From positions 29,078,001 to 29,142,000 of the forward strand of contig NC_088856.1 of assembly GCF_963853765.1 (NCBI RefSeq): a DNA stretch of 64,000 nucleotides. The letters are read 5' to 3'. The notes below the pieces were generated by a model. It was not told where the DNA came from. It saw only the letters and a program-made list of their open reading frames with translations, and ran no database searches. Position 1 is the first letter of the stretch, and each line of letters starts with the position of its first letter. Position numbers and translations under genes: made by a program. This document shows, one piece after another, positions 12,791 through 26,519 of this stretch. This stretch comes from Magallana gigas (lineage: Eukaryota).

Positions 12791-14431
12791 TGTCTTTTCT
12801 ATCATACTTTTTAACTTAACTTCGTTTAGTGTTTGACTTGTTTGATGTAAATTGATTTCAAACTTTATATAAATAGATTACCGTATACTTAAATATAAAC
12901 TGCGAATTACAAAATATCAGCGGCGAATTCAATAGCTGAGTGGATGACATTTGGTTTTGTGAATTACAGTACTGCACAAAATCTGCATCTTGACCTATTG
13001 TATAGTAATGATTATGTATATAGTGAGATATCAATAAAAAGGGAACCTAGCTGATATAATAATATTATATAGTACATACCTCTTGTGTTGTAAGCTTCAT
13101 AACACTACCCCTTTCTTCTCTCTATTGGAATCTTTAGCATCAACACACTTTTAATATATATAATAACAGTTGGTTACATACCCAGTCATAATTACCTCCC
13201 TTCCCTTAAAAAGCGTGCATACTACATGTATAACTTTATATTTCATTTCTTTTACAATGTACTAGCGTCGTAGCGCAGTTGTCGGATAAGGTGTTGGATA
13301 TGTAAGTAAGAAATTTGAAAAACTATTATGGATTTAACAACAGTCAGCTTCATTTATAATATCTAATATTTCTTTTGACAGATTTTACATAGTTCATGTA
13401 GTTGCACTGTATAGGAATATTGCTCGATATCTATGGTATATAAACACTAATCAAATAAGTTCAGTAAAACTTCAATTTATCGATGTCTATTTTGAGGATT
13501 TTTTTTTTTATAAATTTCCAGGTATTTAGCAACAAATAAGGTGAATATGAGACATTAACATTATATTTACGTACAATATTAGCGATGAAAACAATATCCT
13601 GTGATCTATTTATGATTATGGCCCACTTTTGACAATTATGGATAAATGAAATATATCAGACTGCAGTGGCGTCCGAAGCAATTTCAAAGTTGGGCGGGAG
13701 GGGGTGGGGTGGTGGGTAGACTTATTAGAAATTTTAAAATATTAAGTCAAATTGCGTTTTACGTCATTTTTTTTATACACATATTGTTGACCTTTGCATG
13801 AGTGAACTTTTGTTAAAATACGTCAACTGGGAACAAAAATGTAATACTTGATTTATAAACGAATCTTGTCCGAACTGCTTTATTTCTTTTAGATATATAC
13901 ATGTATCTTCTTTTGTTTTAGAGCTCGCTCATTCTATTCTATTCATGTTTATTAATTTTAAGGACAAGACCACAAATTAGAACGAAATTTAATATTGCTA
14001 GGTCTACAAATCATCGATCTAATGGGTCACTATAAAAACAATATAGCTAAAACACTAATAAAGATATGTAACGTTCTTCACTCTCAACTGAAAATTATCA
14101 AACACATTATAGATTTTCTATACTTTATTGTTCAAAAAGGGGCCGTAGAAATGGTAATGGGATACTAGAGTATGGTGCGTTCACCCTGCCTTAAAATTTC
14201 TAAACGATGATAATAGTTGATAAATGTTTTTATATAGATCTTTATAAGACTTCTCAAACCCCTTCCTTTTTTGAAGTATGGGGTTGAAATAGATAACTAG
14301 TTAGTACTATCCAAGTCATGTCGCTGATATTGACAACGTCGCAAAATTATTAATGACAGATATTGGCATCATTACATTTTTTTTATATGTTCCAGGAATC
14401 TATAACGAAAGTTTAAATCTGCTTTTTCAAA

Positions 14432-16420
14432 ATGGCTGAGTCAAGTGTGCGCTCTGAAGAGGAATCATTTCGTTGTCCGATATGTCTCGAGAGATTAAAC
14501 ATTCCGCGATGCTTGCCATGTTTACACACATTTTGTGAAACGTGTATTCAGACGTACATATCAAGTAAGAAAACTAGAGACAAAGAAGGAGATTTTAATG
14601 TTGTTGATTGTCCAGTGTGTAGACAATGGGTACAGGAACCAGAAAAGGATATTTCCAGTGAAGATTGGGCAAAAAGCCTTCCGCTGAATAAGTGGGCTTG
14701 GACGATGACAATTAGTCATGAAAACGAGTCCGTCAAATATTGTTTGTTTTGTAAGCGAGAAGAGTTAACGGTCTTGGCAAAACATTGGTGTAAATCGTGT
14801 GCAGAACCTATTTGCGATGATTGCAAAAGGTTTCATAAGAGAGCACCGAGTCTTAAGGATCACGACATTGTTGATATGCAAGACACAGTAAAGTGGAACA
14901 AAGCCATTGATATAGATGAAAACTGCACAATTCATAAAGGAAAAGTTATTGAACTCTTTTGCCAAGACCACAAAAGATTGTGTTGTGGTGTGTGCTTTGC
15001 AAACCAACATAGACGGTGTGCAAATTTTGATTCAATCGATGAAATTGTGAAAAAGCTTAATAAAGACGAGATGAAAGACAAACTTGTATCGTTATCAAGT
15101 CTTCTTCAATGCATTACTAAGCTACAAAAAGAAAATAAGAGCCAATATGATGGACTTTGTACCAAAAAGGAGGACATCTGCTCCTTATTTGCCGAAAAGA
15201 TTGAAGAAGCCAAGGTGTTCCTAGACCAAGCTCATGAACAGTGGCTCAAACGTTTTGAAGTTGAACATAAACACCATACAAACAATATTGATGAACTGAT
15301 GAACTGAAACGATTTCATACGACTGCGACTGAAGCAAAATCTATGCTTTCCTCGGTCCTAGACAGCAGTTCTGACCGACAAATTTTCGTTGTGCAATCGA
15401 AATTGCATGTCCAAATTACTGACCACTTCAACCGTTTGGAAGCTTTAAAAATATGGGAGTTGACCGACTCTTATAGCTTTAAACCAAATCAACTCCAAAA
15501 ATTTACAAAAACTATACAATTTGAAGATGCTATCCCGTCAAAAAAGCTAAGTGATACTCTGAATAAAATTCGTGTCTGCGGGAAGTCCATTACAGGTAAA
15601 GATTTACCAAGCCCTTTGCCGTGGCTGGCAAATATAAAGTTGATGTCTGCTACCTTTAAGAAAGTAACCGATTGTTATGAAAAGGAATGCGTGGGGTATT
15701 ACGGACTATTCATCAATGACAATAGAGTTGTCATTTCCAACTTTAGTAAAAAATCATTGGATGTGTATGATACAACCAACTACACTGCAAAACCGGTATA
15801 TTCATTTAAATGTGACAGTGAACCGTATGACATGTGTTATGCTTTTGGGATGGACAGAGTTTATGTAGCATTTGGAAAATGTGTTGTCCAGTATGAAATT
15901 AAAAATGAAGGTACGACATTCGTTGAAGTGGAAAGAATTCCAGTTAAGGGTGATGTCATTGGAATTGCAAAAACATTTGATGGATTTGTTACGGCCAATA
16001 AATCATCAACTACATTTCGTTGGAGTGATTTTTCAATAAAATGTAGCCTACACAATGGCAAATTAAGAGACTGGCCTGTCATTTGTTCGTCGTTTTGTGG
16101 TAGAAAGATAGCATACAACACAGAAGGTGGTGTCATAGTCATGGACACCAAGGGAAATAAGCTGTCGGAATATTCTTGTTCCGGAAGAAAGCAAGTAGGT
16201 CGATGCGGAGGGTAATGTCATTACTTGCTTTTGTGATAGTCAGCCAGAACAAATAAATTGTGACGGAAAATCAAGAAGATTTATCAATTTTGAAGGAACA
16301 TACGAGTCCTTTATTCCCGGTAACATTACATTCCACCCAGAAGGTCACAGATGTATTGTTTTCAAATATTGTAACCGTGGTTGTACGATCTTTCGAATTT
16401 TTGAAATCAAGAAATTATAA
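14432..16420 (+). pseudogene. TRIM copy 1 (RING-B-box-B-box-coiled coil-beta-propeller), two frameshifts
   Basis: ORFs 14432-15307 and 15343-16215 plus a tail ending TAA at 16420 align to the intact copies. First lesion near 15290 (GATGAACT duplicated in place of 12 nt, net -4). Second lesion near 16190-16202 (net -8). Confidence 0.85.
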
Positions 16421-16644
16421 ACCATTTTTTTTAGTTTTGCGCACAACTGGACCTGTTCGCTCCGATCATGCGTGTTTCAACTATTTACGTCAGAATTAAT
16501 TTTATTTTAAGAGTGTTGAATGCATTTTAACTGCAGCTCTTGAATTGTTTTATTTGTTATTATTGACTTACACTTTCAATCTTTAACTTTTTTGCATTCT
16601 TACATCTGTTAACCACGCTTGATTTCTAATTAATTTGTGACTGA

Positions 16645-16956
16645 ACAATCAAAGTGGTATGAGCTACCTCAAAATCAATCTTCCTATCGAAATAAACAAC
16701 AAAATTAAGAATTATTTCATAGATTTTTTTCCCAAAATGTGTTGCCAAATAGCGTAGAGCAATGGGCTAGAGCGTTAGCTACAGATTTGTTAGTTATCAG
16801 TTCGAATCCCTATTGGGCTTGTATAATTTTGTAAATTTGAAACGTTATTTTGATCAAATATTGTTGAATTTGAAAATTCTAAACCGGTGAAAGTATTTTG
16901 ATTATAATGTATTTTTAACCACAGGAATATCGACACGTGTCACAAACCATCTTAAA
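16645..16956. mobile_element. TTAA-ended element with tRNA-like segment (same family as 5116-5616 and 62757-63098)
   Basis: Contains TAGAGCAATGGGCTAGAGCGTTAG...AGTTCGAATCCC and ends ACCATCTTAA. Reverse-complement match to 5116-5280. Confidence 0.45.
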
Positions 16957-19139
16957 TATCACTTAATCATCCCTATTGAAACTCATAAAACTGTTAATTC
17001 TTATTCTCTGGCTTTATATAATCACAGAACTAAAATGGTTTAAATAATGTTATCGTATTTTGTACATACAAATAAACTGTTACAGTAAAGAAATGCATTT
17101 AAATCACCGATTTCTATACGATATCTCACAATTTTATTGATTCAATGAGTTATTTTTGCATTATAAGCTCGTATTCTTCTGTTGTTGTGAACGAAAATCC
17201 GATTAGAAAAACAGTACCCCGTATATTTTGAACTCCACATATAATACGCATTAATAGTTTCGTTGGTCAAAGCTTAACTAATGAGAAACACTGCTAGAAT
17301 CCTGTGGTATGTATTGCTTTTATGCAACAAACCGTTTTCTATGCAAACTGTACAAAAGTTACGAAGGTTTATCGAGAAACGGACAAATAATCATTCAATC
17401 AAAGAGAATATATGATCATAGCAGTTGTTTTTATTGATCTAAAATGTTTTACCTTTATTTGATATGAGTATACTTTTGTGGAAACCTCGGGGTAGTGTTG
17501 TTTTATCTCATTTCATGCTAAGGAATAAACGTAAGCTATTTCATCACGTGATATTGCATCGAGGCGGTGGTGGTGTACAAATTTAATTGCATTGGCAGCT
17601 ATTTAATAGAAAAATACTACGCTTTTGGTCCGATTAAAACCAGTAATTTAATCTTACGATTTCGTATATTATAGTCAAAATAAGATGCTTAATATCCCAT
17701 TTGCTGCCTTTACCTACCCGCATGATAATCAAGGTATATATAAAAAACACACCTCTATGCTGAATAATCAGGAAACATCAAGTCTTGAATTTAAAAAAAT
17801 AAAAATCTCATACCTGACTCCAGGTTTTACTATTTAGTCACACATAAAATTAAGTCTTACAAGTTAAGAACAAGTCTTCACAACATTAACTAACTCTTAT
17901 TTGATTTTTTGGTACGTATACGAGGGTTGTCCAGAAACTACGTAGACTGCACACAAAACTTGAGATCTGTTTATTGCAACTATAGAGCTATGTGTTGTTC
18001 AATGACCTTTTGTGAAGAACAATACCTAAAATTTCAAATCCGTGCTTTTTCTATTTCTGGAGAAAAATTGAAATTGGTAGAAATAGTTTTGCCTCGCGGC
18101 ACAATGCACGACGTCAAACCTTTTCTGTCTATACGTCGTTGTTAAATCCCTCACATCGTTTACAATATCATTTTGGAAAAAAGGAACAGGAGCAGATCCT
18201 TAAATCTTTGGCACTCTGCTCATGTCCCAAGTGATATATAAAATAATTTGCTTTAGAACGCTAAATACAGAAAACATGAGATACGTATATTTCATTAATA
18301 TGCACCGTACAAAATATGCACGATAAATCAGATATTGATATAAATCACTGATAATACTTGGATTTCGTGTTCTCGTAATTGAATAACAATGAATACTTAG
18401 TCTAGTATTTCGATTTCTGGTTCTGATGACTTACTCCTAATGAGTTCTTGTTATAATTATCTACTTATGATACACACGAAAAAATTGGATTTGATCCTTG
18501 CTCAAAATTCAGGTCTATGGCTAGATTAATGAGCATGGATTAACTTTGATGTTGTTTTAAGTTTTTCTTTCAATGAGTAAGCAGTCCCAACCTTAGCAAA
18601 TAAAATACAAAACTGACACAATTTTTAAAAATTTAAAATGACAAAGTTACAGCTCCCACTCTGAGATTCACATAAGGTGACCCCTAAAGATAGCGGTCAA
18701 GGGACATACCTTTTGAAAAGCGTTAATTGAACTATTTACATATAATTAAACATATTGGTACTAACACATCATGCTGTTTTCCCTTTTTGTTCTTTGAACA
18801 TAATTTGTTATTAAGTTTTCTTATAAGGTTCTAAGATCAACATCAAATGTATAATTTATAACTGTGTGATATCCAAGTTATACCATTTGATTATAGGTCC
18901 AAAACAACCATTTTTTAAATTATATGCAAATATAAGGTTTAAAAATTTATTTGTTTTAAATTGTTGTAAATATGTTTGTATGTTTGTTTGTTTTGGTGCA
19001 TATTAGAAACAAATGATATGCATACATTGTAATAAAATGAAAAATAAAATAAAACCGGTTTTTTACTTTGATTTTTTATCTTAATATTGTTGATCTATTT
19101 CATTTGTATTCACACTAATTTGATTGCCTCATTCATTTT

Positions 19140-19245
19140 GAAAACTTTTTTTTATCTGGAATAAGCTATGTTTTTGAAAACTATGTTTATCTTGAATAAG
19201 CTATGTTTTTGAAAACTATGTTCATCTTGAATAAGCTATGTTTTT
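19140..19245. repeat. Tandem repeat, 35-bp unit x3
   Basis: Unit GAAAACTATGTTTATCTTGAATAAGCTATGTTTTT, present once in the paralogous copies A and B. Confidence 0.85.
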
Positions 19246-19346
19246 TTTCTTTTTTGAATAAAAACGACTGTTACATAGTCCTGAAGTTGGGTCTTTTTCT
19301 TCAATGATTTCTAGTTCTAATACTGACTTGTATGTTGTTCTGGGTA
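19222..19346 (-). pseudogene. Membrane-protein gene copy C: last exon only
   Basis: An acceptor is followed by PRTTYKSVLELEIIEEKDPTSGLCNSRFYSKK. Exons 1-3 are absent because 19380 joins directly to sequence matching 12629 onward. Confidence 0.8.
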
Positions 19347-22300
19347 CTGTAGAGAGAAATTTAACAAATAACAAAAAAAAAATGAAGTATGGAAATTTAC
19401 GAACATTTTCCAGTGACTGGTTTTAATGAAAAGAATAATCGTTGACGATTCAAAAGAATCTTTGCAAGTCAACAGATAATGTAAATTATATGATCCAGTT
19501 TGTGCTGTCCATCCTCTTTTGTAACATAATGATAATGAAACTTGATATTAAGGTTTCATGTGAAATGATGTTTTACATCGTTTGTGATATGGATGTACGT
19601 GGAAAAGCAAAAATCGCAGGGACGGAATATTTTTGAAATAATTAAAGGTTTCTTTTACGTAAATCATAAATTTAAGTTATTGTATAATTTTAAAAAGCAA
19701 CGACAAGAGATCAAAGAAATCTATTTATAATTGACATGAATTCATAAATACGTATTTTATTTCCTTTTATCTCTGACGATCGCCATATTAGTTTTAAATT
19801 TCATCGCTACGCCCCCCCCCCCCACACACAATCCATTCAACACTGTTATGCTTCACCGTATTCAGTCATTTCATTCACCCAAACACGTTACATTGATTCG
19901 AAAGATTTTTAGATCAACACATTCTCCAAATATATCTCGGACAACCACTCCACTTGTAACGAATAAACAATAAAAGGCGAAACAAAACAGTCTGAAATTC
20001 AGGCCCACATATTTCAATAATTCTCGATCATTGTACATGTGTAGGATGTATCCATGTGCCGTATTGTTACATGTATATCATCGAACATGCGCAAACCATA
20101 CATTGTAGAAGATTTTACAGTGACAGCAGAGAGACCAGAAAACGGAGTGTGTTTTGTTGTTATAGAAACTGTTCAATACGGGAACACATTGTTACTTTTT
20201 TGCAATACTATCGCTTTTTTACTATGTTGGATGTAGTGCGACCGGTTTTTACAATATGATGTTGATAGTAGGTACGACGCACGTGTTTGAAGTGCACTCG
20301 AAGTAAGGTAGCCCTATCTGTGCAAGATACTGCGAATACACGCCAGAGAAAGTAGATACAGTTTCTTTCCACATCTGCCCTAAAATTCAAAAGTTGTTTA
20401 ATCTCATGAAAATATCATCTTGTTCACATGTGTGTATAAAGTTCTTATTCTGTTTTTATTGGTGTCTTCTGCTCCGTTTTTATAAATACGGGAAAATGCA
20501 CTTTTTATGATGTCAAAATTACCCTTGTTGAAGTCTTATCTAGGAGATTATTTATAAATTTTTAATTCTCAACTGTTCTTGTTTTAATAAATGTTACATT
20601 TCAATTTTTTGTTATATTTTTATTATGAAGATCACATCAATCAGGGAAATTAATTATATGACTGAAACTGTTCCTAGTTCTTATAACTTCTTTTATCATT
20701 TTTTTTAAACATATTACTACTTGGTGAAGTAGATGCATTTAGAAGTCCCTGCAACTTGACTGCCTCGATAACAAAGCAATCGACCATTTTATATAAACAA
20801 CCGGCATACAAATATATACATGTACTCCTGTAACAGTTGAGGAGCGATCAAAATTAATTTGGCGACCAAATACTAGTACTGTTATTAATTCAGCTTTTTT
20901 TATGAAGTCAGCTTTATGTTATTTCTCTTCTATCATACTTGTACATATTTATATGCGACTGTTTAATATGTTGTTTGATCTGTATATAATCAAACTTATT
21001 ATTGATAAACTCAACCATCGGTCACTTATGGGGAATGTGCAACTATCTTGTACATTTGAGGACGAACATGTTAAGATTTCTTGAACTGGCTTGTACTACC
21101 CAAAACTGACCAATTTTTTTTTCAAAAGATGAAAAAGCAATAAATATGAGGTATACATGTTGTTTTGTATGGAAGTATGCATAAAAACACATTAATGCCT
21201 TTTTTAATAACTTACAACAACTGTAATGTAGAACTGCGCAGCTGCAAACTTACATTAATGTATTAAATATATGTAAAATATTAATGGGGTTCATCGATGT
21301 CCTCTCTACTGCCATTTGTTGAGAAAAAGGTTGAATCTTGCTCATTATTGTTGTTTCTTTGCCTCAACATAGGGTACATTTGACAACAATTTGGTCTGTT
21401 TTGGACAGAAACCATATCAAGAATTTGAATGTTTACAAGTTGATCCTCGAATGTACAAGATAACTGACATCCCCATAACTATTTACAGCGAATTTCAGAA
21501 TATCAGTTGTAGATTCAATAGCTTGCTGGTTACATTTGATTTGCCAAGTATTGCATAAAATCAGAATCTTGATCTGATCATGGTTGTAATTTAGAGTAGG
21601 GTAATCAATAGGCCTACAGAAAAAACCCTATAGGTAAAATAGGTAATATTAATTTAAAGAAGTACATTCCTCACATTTACCTTTCAATAATTTTCTATTT
21701 TCTTTCTTAATTAGCAACACCTAACACCATTACATCAAAATACTACTACTATTATACTACTGATAACTATTCACTGGGGAATTGAGATAGGGGGATGGGG
21801 GCTCTGCCTCCTTTTGTGATTAGAATTAAAAGTAAAGATTAGTAGAACTACAGAAAATCAGTCCTTATTATTATTCATTGATCTATGATATGTCAAGTAC
21901 AGCAAAAATAGCTCAAAAAGTGTTTTTAACCCCCCCCCCCCCGCTAAACTTTGATCCGAGAACTCAAGGCAGGCCCAATACTCCCGGCCTTTTGCCCCCC
22001 CCCCCCCTTTTTTTGACAAATCCTAGATCCACAACTGCTATTGGTTCATAATAACCCTCCTTCCCATAAAAGGCGTGTTCAACTTCATTAACAATTATCT
22101 CTGAAAACGTAGGCCAGAGATGGTCCTATTTAAAGATTAACAATGATAAAGAAATTCTCAAGTTGTGTGACATTGCACGCATGTACATGTAAAGTCTTCT
22201 TGTTACGCAGCAATGTTAAGGCGTTCCGAAGCTAAAATACGACTGGGAAACGATATCATTTGAATCATCGCGAAAATACTCAGACCAGGAGTATTTCTTA

Positions 22301-23250
22301 AAATCTATGTTACATTTATTGACAACGATGTTAAACATTATATTTGATGCATTTTTGTGACGTCATGTGTGTATTGTAATCACGAGGTAGGCGAGTCGTA
22401 ATGTTGCAAATGATCTCAGTATCTAAATTGTATCGGCGCAGGTTATTAATGACAATAAATCATTAATATCTTTAAGAAAAATCCTTTGTCTTGTCATATA
22501 CTAAGTTCTTGCTTGGGGTTGGAATGGATATTTCGTTTATGAAAGATACGGTATTGTTGAAACATTCCACAAAATCATCAAAATAATGCACATTTTTACT
22601 AATCAGAAGCGATTTACAAAAAAATTTGGGTAAATCCGTAGGTTTCCCAAGCAAGATTCACATTGGTACTTATATTCTCTACCAATTTTCAGTAAAATAT
22701 TCTAAAATTGAGTTGATCTTTCACCTACGCCAAGCTGGTTTTTACATACATTAAAATTTCTTCATTCAGCTGTTTACACGTAGCAGGGATAGTCTCAAAA
22801 CCACAAGTTTTTAAATAGTCTTTTACATTAAACGAAGCTTTAAAACTACCGATTATTTGATACTGGTGTTTAATATGGATAAATTCTGTCCGTCTAGCAT
22901 TAACGGCAGCATATATGTAAAGGAAACATGCGCTTTCAATACCGGTTTGATATAATTCACTTTTTACGTTAAGATACATTCCTGAGATTTATCGATAAGA
23001 ATGCAGAACGTGACGTAAAAGTTACGTCATATCATATGAAGTACAGACAAGTGACTTTCTACACATCGCTGTAAAATCAATCGGGAAGCCTGAACATGCC
23101 CGCGTATTGAAAAGCGCTGTAAAATTCCAAATGCAAATCTGTAAAATTATGACAAATATGGGAACTGGTACGTTCTCGTAAAATCGGAAAAACCTATAGT
23201 CCAGCTATTTCGAAAGTTAATTTTTTTGACTGTTTGAAGTGTTCTTGCAA

Positions 23251-25228
23251 ATGGCAGCGTCAGCAAGTGTGGAGCCTGAAAAGGAATCATTTCGTTGTCC
23301 GATGTGTCTCGAGATGTTAAACAGCCCACGGTACTTGCCATGTTTGCACACATTTTGTGAGGTATGCATTCAGACGTACATATCAAGTTCGACAACCCGA
23401 GACGAAAAAGATGAATTAAATGTCATCAACTGCCCAGTGTGTAGAAAACAGGTTAAAGAACCAGAAAACGATATTTCCAGCGAAGGTTTGGCGAAAAGTC
23501 TCCCTCTTAATAAGTGTGTTACGACCACGGCAGCAAATTCAGATACTGAATCAGTAGTGAACTGTATGTTCTGTAAACGAAAGAATGAAACAGTCTCGGC
23601 GAATCACTGGTGTAAATCCTGTGCAGAACCTATTTGTGATGAATGTAAAGATTTCCACGCACGAGTTCCGAGTCTAAAGTGTCATAAAATTGTCGAGATG
23701 AACAATACAGTGAAATGGAATGAAGCCATTGACATAGATGAGAACTGTGCCATTCACAAAGGAAAAATAGTTGATATTTTTTGCCGAGACCACAACAAAT
23801 TGTGCTGTTGTGTGTGTTTTGCGAACCAGCATAGGAGGTGTACAAATTTTGACTCAATTGATGAAATTGTGATGAACCTTGATAAAAGCGATGTGACAGA
23901 AAAACTTCAATCGCTATCAAGCCTCCATGATTGCATTATGGAGCTACAGGAAAAAAATAAGAAACAAACTGATGCTCTATATGCTTCAAAAGAAGACATT
24001 TGTTCTTCATTTGCTAAGAAAATTGAAAAAGCCAAGATGCTTATCGACCATGCTCATGAGCAGTGGCACAAACGTTTCGTGCTCAATACACAGACAATAT
24101 TGAAGTCGTGTCGGATGAACTGAAACGATTTAATACAACAGTTACTGAAGCAAAAGCTATGCTTTCCTCTGTCCTAAAAATGGTTCTAACCGACAGATTT
24201 TCCTTGTGCATTGGAAATTGCACTATCAAATTACGGACCACTTCCACCGTTTGAAAGCCTTGAAAATTTGGGACTTAGCCGCGTCTTACATCTTTGAAAC
24301 AAAACAGCTTGATAATATTACCGAGCCGATGAAGTTTGAAGATGTCATCGTTGTAAAAAACCATTGTGATGCCACACAACGAATTTCTTTGATCGATAAA
24401 TCACTGTTCTTTGGAACAGGTTTACCGAGTCCTCAACAATGGCTAGCAAGTAAGGACTTAATGAAAACAAACTTTAAAAAGATTTCAGGATTTGAAACAG
24501 AAGGCAATGTATATTTCGGAATATTTATTGATGACGAAAGAGCTATTATTTCCCGCGAAACTAAGAAATCATTGAATGTGTATGATACTTCTGTAACTAA
24601 TCGCAAAAAATTGGTATGTACACACAAATGTGATGATATTCCGTATGACATGTGTTATGCATATGGCATGAACAAAATATATGTAGCATTTGGGCAGTTT
24701 ATTGTAAAGTATGAAATAAAATTTCGAGGTACAGAATTAACTAAGCTCGAAAGAATTCCAGTTGAACGAAATGTAAAGGGAATCACAAGGACATTAGACG
24801 GATTCTTTACGGCCAATGATTCATCAGCCTCATTTCGTTGTAGTGATTTTTCAATCAGATCTGATCATGATATACCGTATGCCAGAAAAGGAAACAACCC
24901 TTTCATTTGTTCGTCATTTTGTGGTAAAAAGGTGGCATACGTCAAAGGAGACAGTGTCATAGTCACCGATACCAAGGGAAATAAATTGTCGGAATTCGTT
25001 TGTTCCTCGAGTTCTCCGAGAGGATTATCCTTCGACTCTGATGATAACATTTTTACTTGTTTCTTTGATGACCAAATAAAGCAAGTAAAAAATGTTGGTA
25101 AACCAAGTCGAAATGTTGATTTGAAACATCGTTTATCACATCCATATAACATTGTTTTCCACCCAGGAGGTCATAAATTGATATGTTTTTATCTTGGCCA
25201 ACATGCTTGCATATTTGAGATCAGGTAA
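23251..25228 (+). pseudogene. TRIM copy 2, two frameshifts
   Basis: Close paralogue of 36802-38781. It has a 10-nt deletion (AGTTAGAACA) between 24079 and 24080 and a 1-nt loss in the A-run at 24176-24180. The propeller part is open to TAA at 25228. Confidence 0.85.
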
Positions 25229-26519
25229 TTATGAAAATTGTTTGGACTTGCATCAGTGACCTTACATAATTAATATGTATGTAATATTACATATTCTATA
25301 ATAACATTATTGTTTTCTATTAAATGAATGAAATGGCAAAACATTGTTTTATCAATCGAAATCATTCTTAGTGCAAAAGGTGTCTGAGAGAGCCTGTTTC
25401 TTTGAAAGAACAATATTGCATTGCTGCAAAAAGATACGAAGTAGAAAGATGGCTTAATCGTCCTCAAATTGCAAACAATTTGAATGTCAGGAGAATTTTT
25501 GTTAAATGAATGTTTTTAAGGTTGATGACTGTGCAAATAATCTTATTATGAATAAATGGAGTCTGGTAAATAAATGATTATATCATTGAAATCTTCAACA
25601 CTTTAAAAATGAATTATATATTCACCATAATCAGTGTCTATCTATACTATTTGTTACCAAATTACTGTAAACATACTACATTTAATATGGCTGTGTATTC
25701 TATTTAGCGCTTTTTGCGGAATGCGACTTCCGCTAAATCAAGTACATCGCTAAATGCCATGTATATATGTATAAGAATAGTCACATTCAAGAATACGCTA
25801 ATTCAAATCTACGCCAACTTGTTAAAAAACAAATTTCCGCAAAATATCGTACACGCCAAATATAATACGTTTAAAGTATGATTTATGTATTATAAAACTT
25901 GATTTTAAAGTCAGGCGCGCATCAACAAATCTTTTTTTGGAAGGGGGTGTCATAGGAAGATATAGATTGCCTATAGGTATTTACAATGGAAATTAATCAA
26001 ATTAAATTGTGAGATGTAGGTGGATGCTTAACCTTCCTGATCTCCTTTTAGATCCGATCATCTGAATGTTTTAATTTTATCTCAGGGTGATTTGACTGTT
26101 AATAATTAGAAGATAAAGATTTCAATCTCTTTTATATTATTTCCCATGATTTGGACATGTTTATCTGTTCCTTATTCTTTATTAAAGGTCAAGATCTGTT
26201 GAATGACAGGAGCCTACAGAGTTTCTGAAATATAAATTGTTTGAACGATGCGCAATAACAATAGCTTGGTTTTATACACCGGGGCTTTAATTTGAAATAT
26301 GCAATGATAAAAGCCGTGTTTTAAACCGGCGTCTTCAATGCTATATCAAGAAAACCAGCCCAAAGTCCCGCTTAAGTACAATAAAAAATTATTGAGCCGA
26401 TTCATATTTTTGTTCTTCATTCAATCCTTTCAATAATTCAAATTAACTGGAATTTGAATATTAAAGAGCCATACTTTGTCAGCACTTAAATTTTTTAGGC
26501 ACATATTGAAATCGATATT

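Noticed and set aside
17919-17937. Mariner-like end TACGAGGGTTGTCCAGAAA
   Set aside because: No partner inverted end or transposase motif was found.
17990-18470. Duplicated block (also 28290-28680) as a third cassette gene
   Set aside because: No reading frame with matching splice sites is conserved in both copies.
22472-22979. Two adjacent minus-strand ORFs with protein-like composition
   Set aside because: They are in different frames, separated by stops, with no recognisable motif. They may be a transposon relic but I cannot support that.
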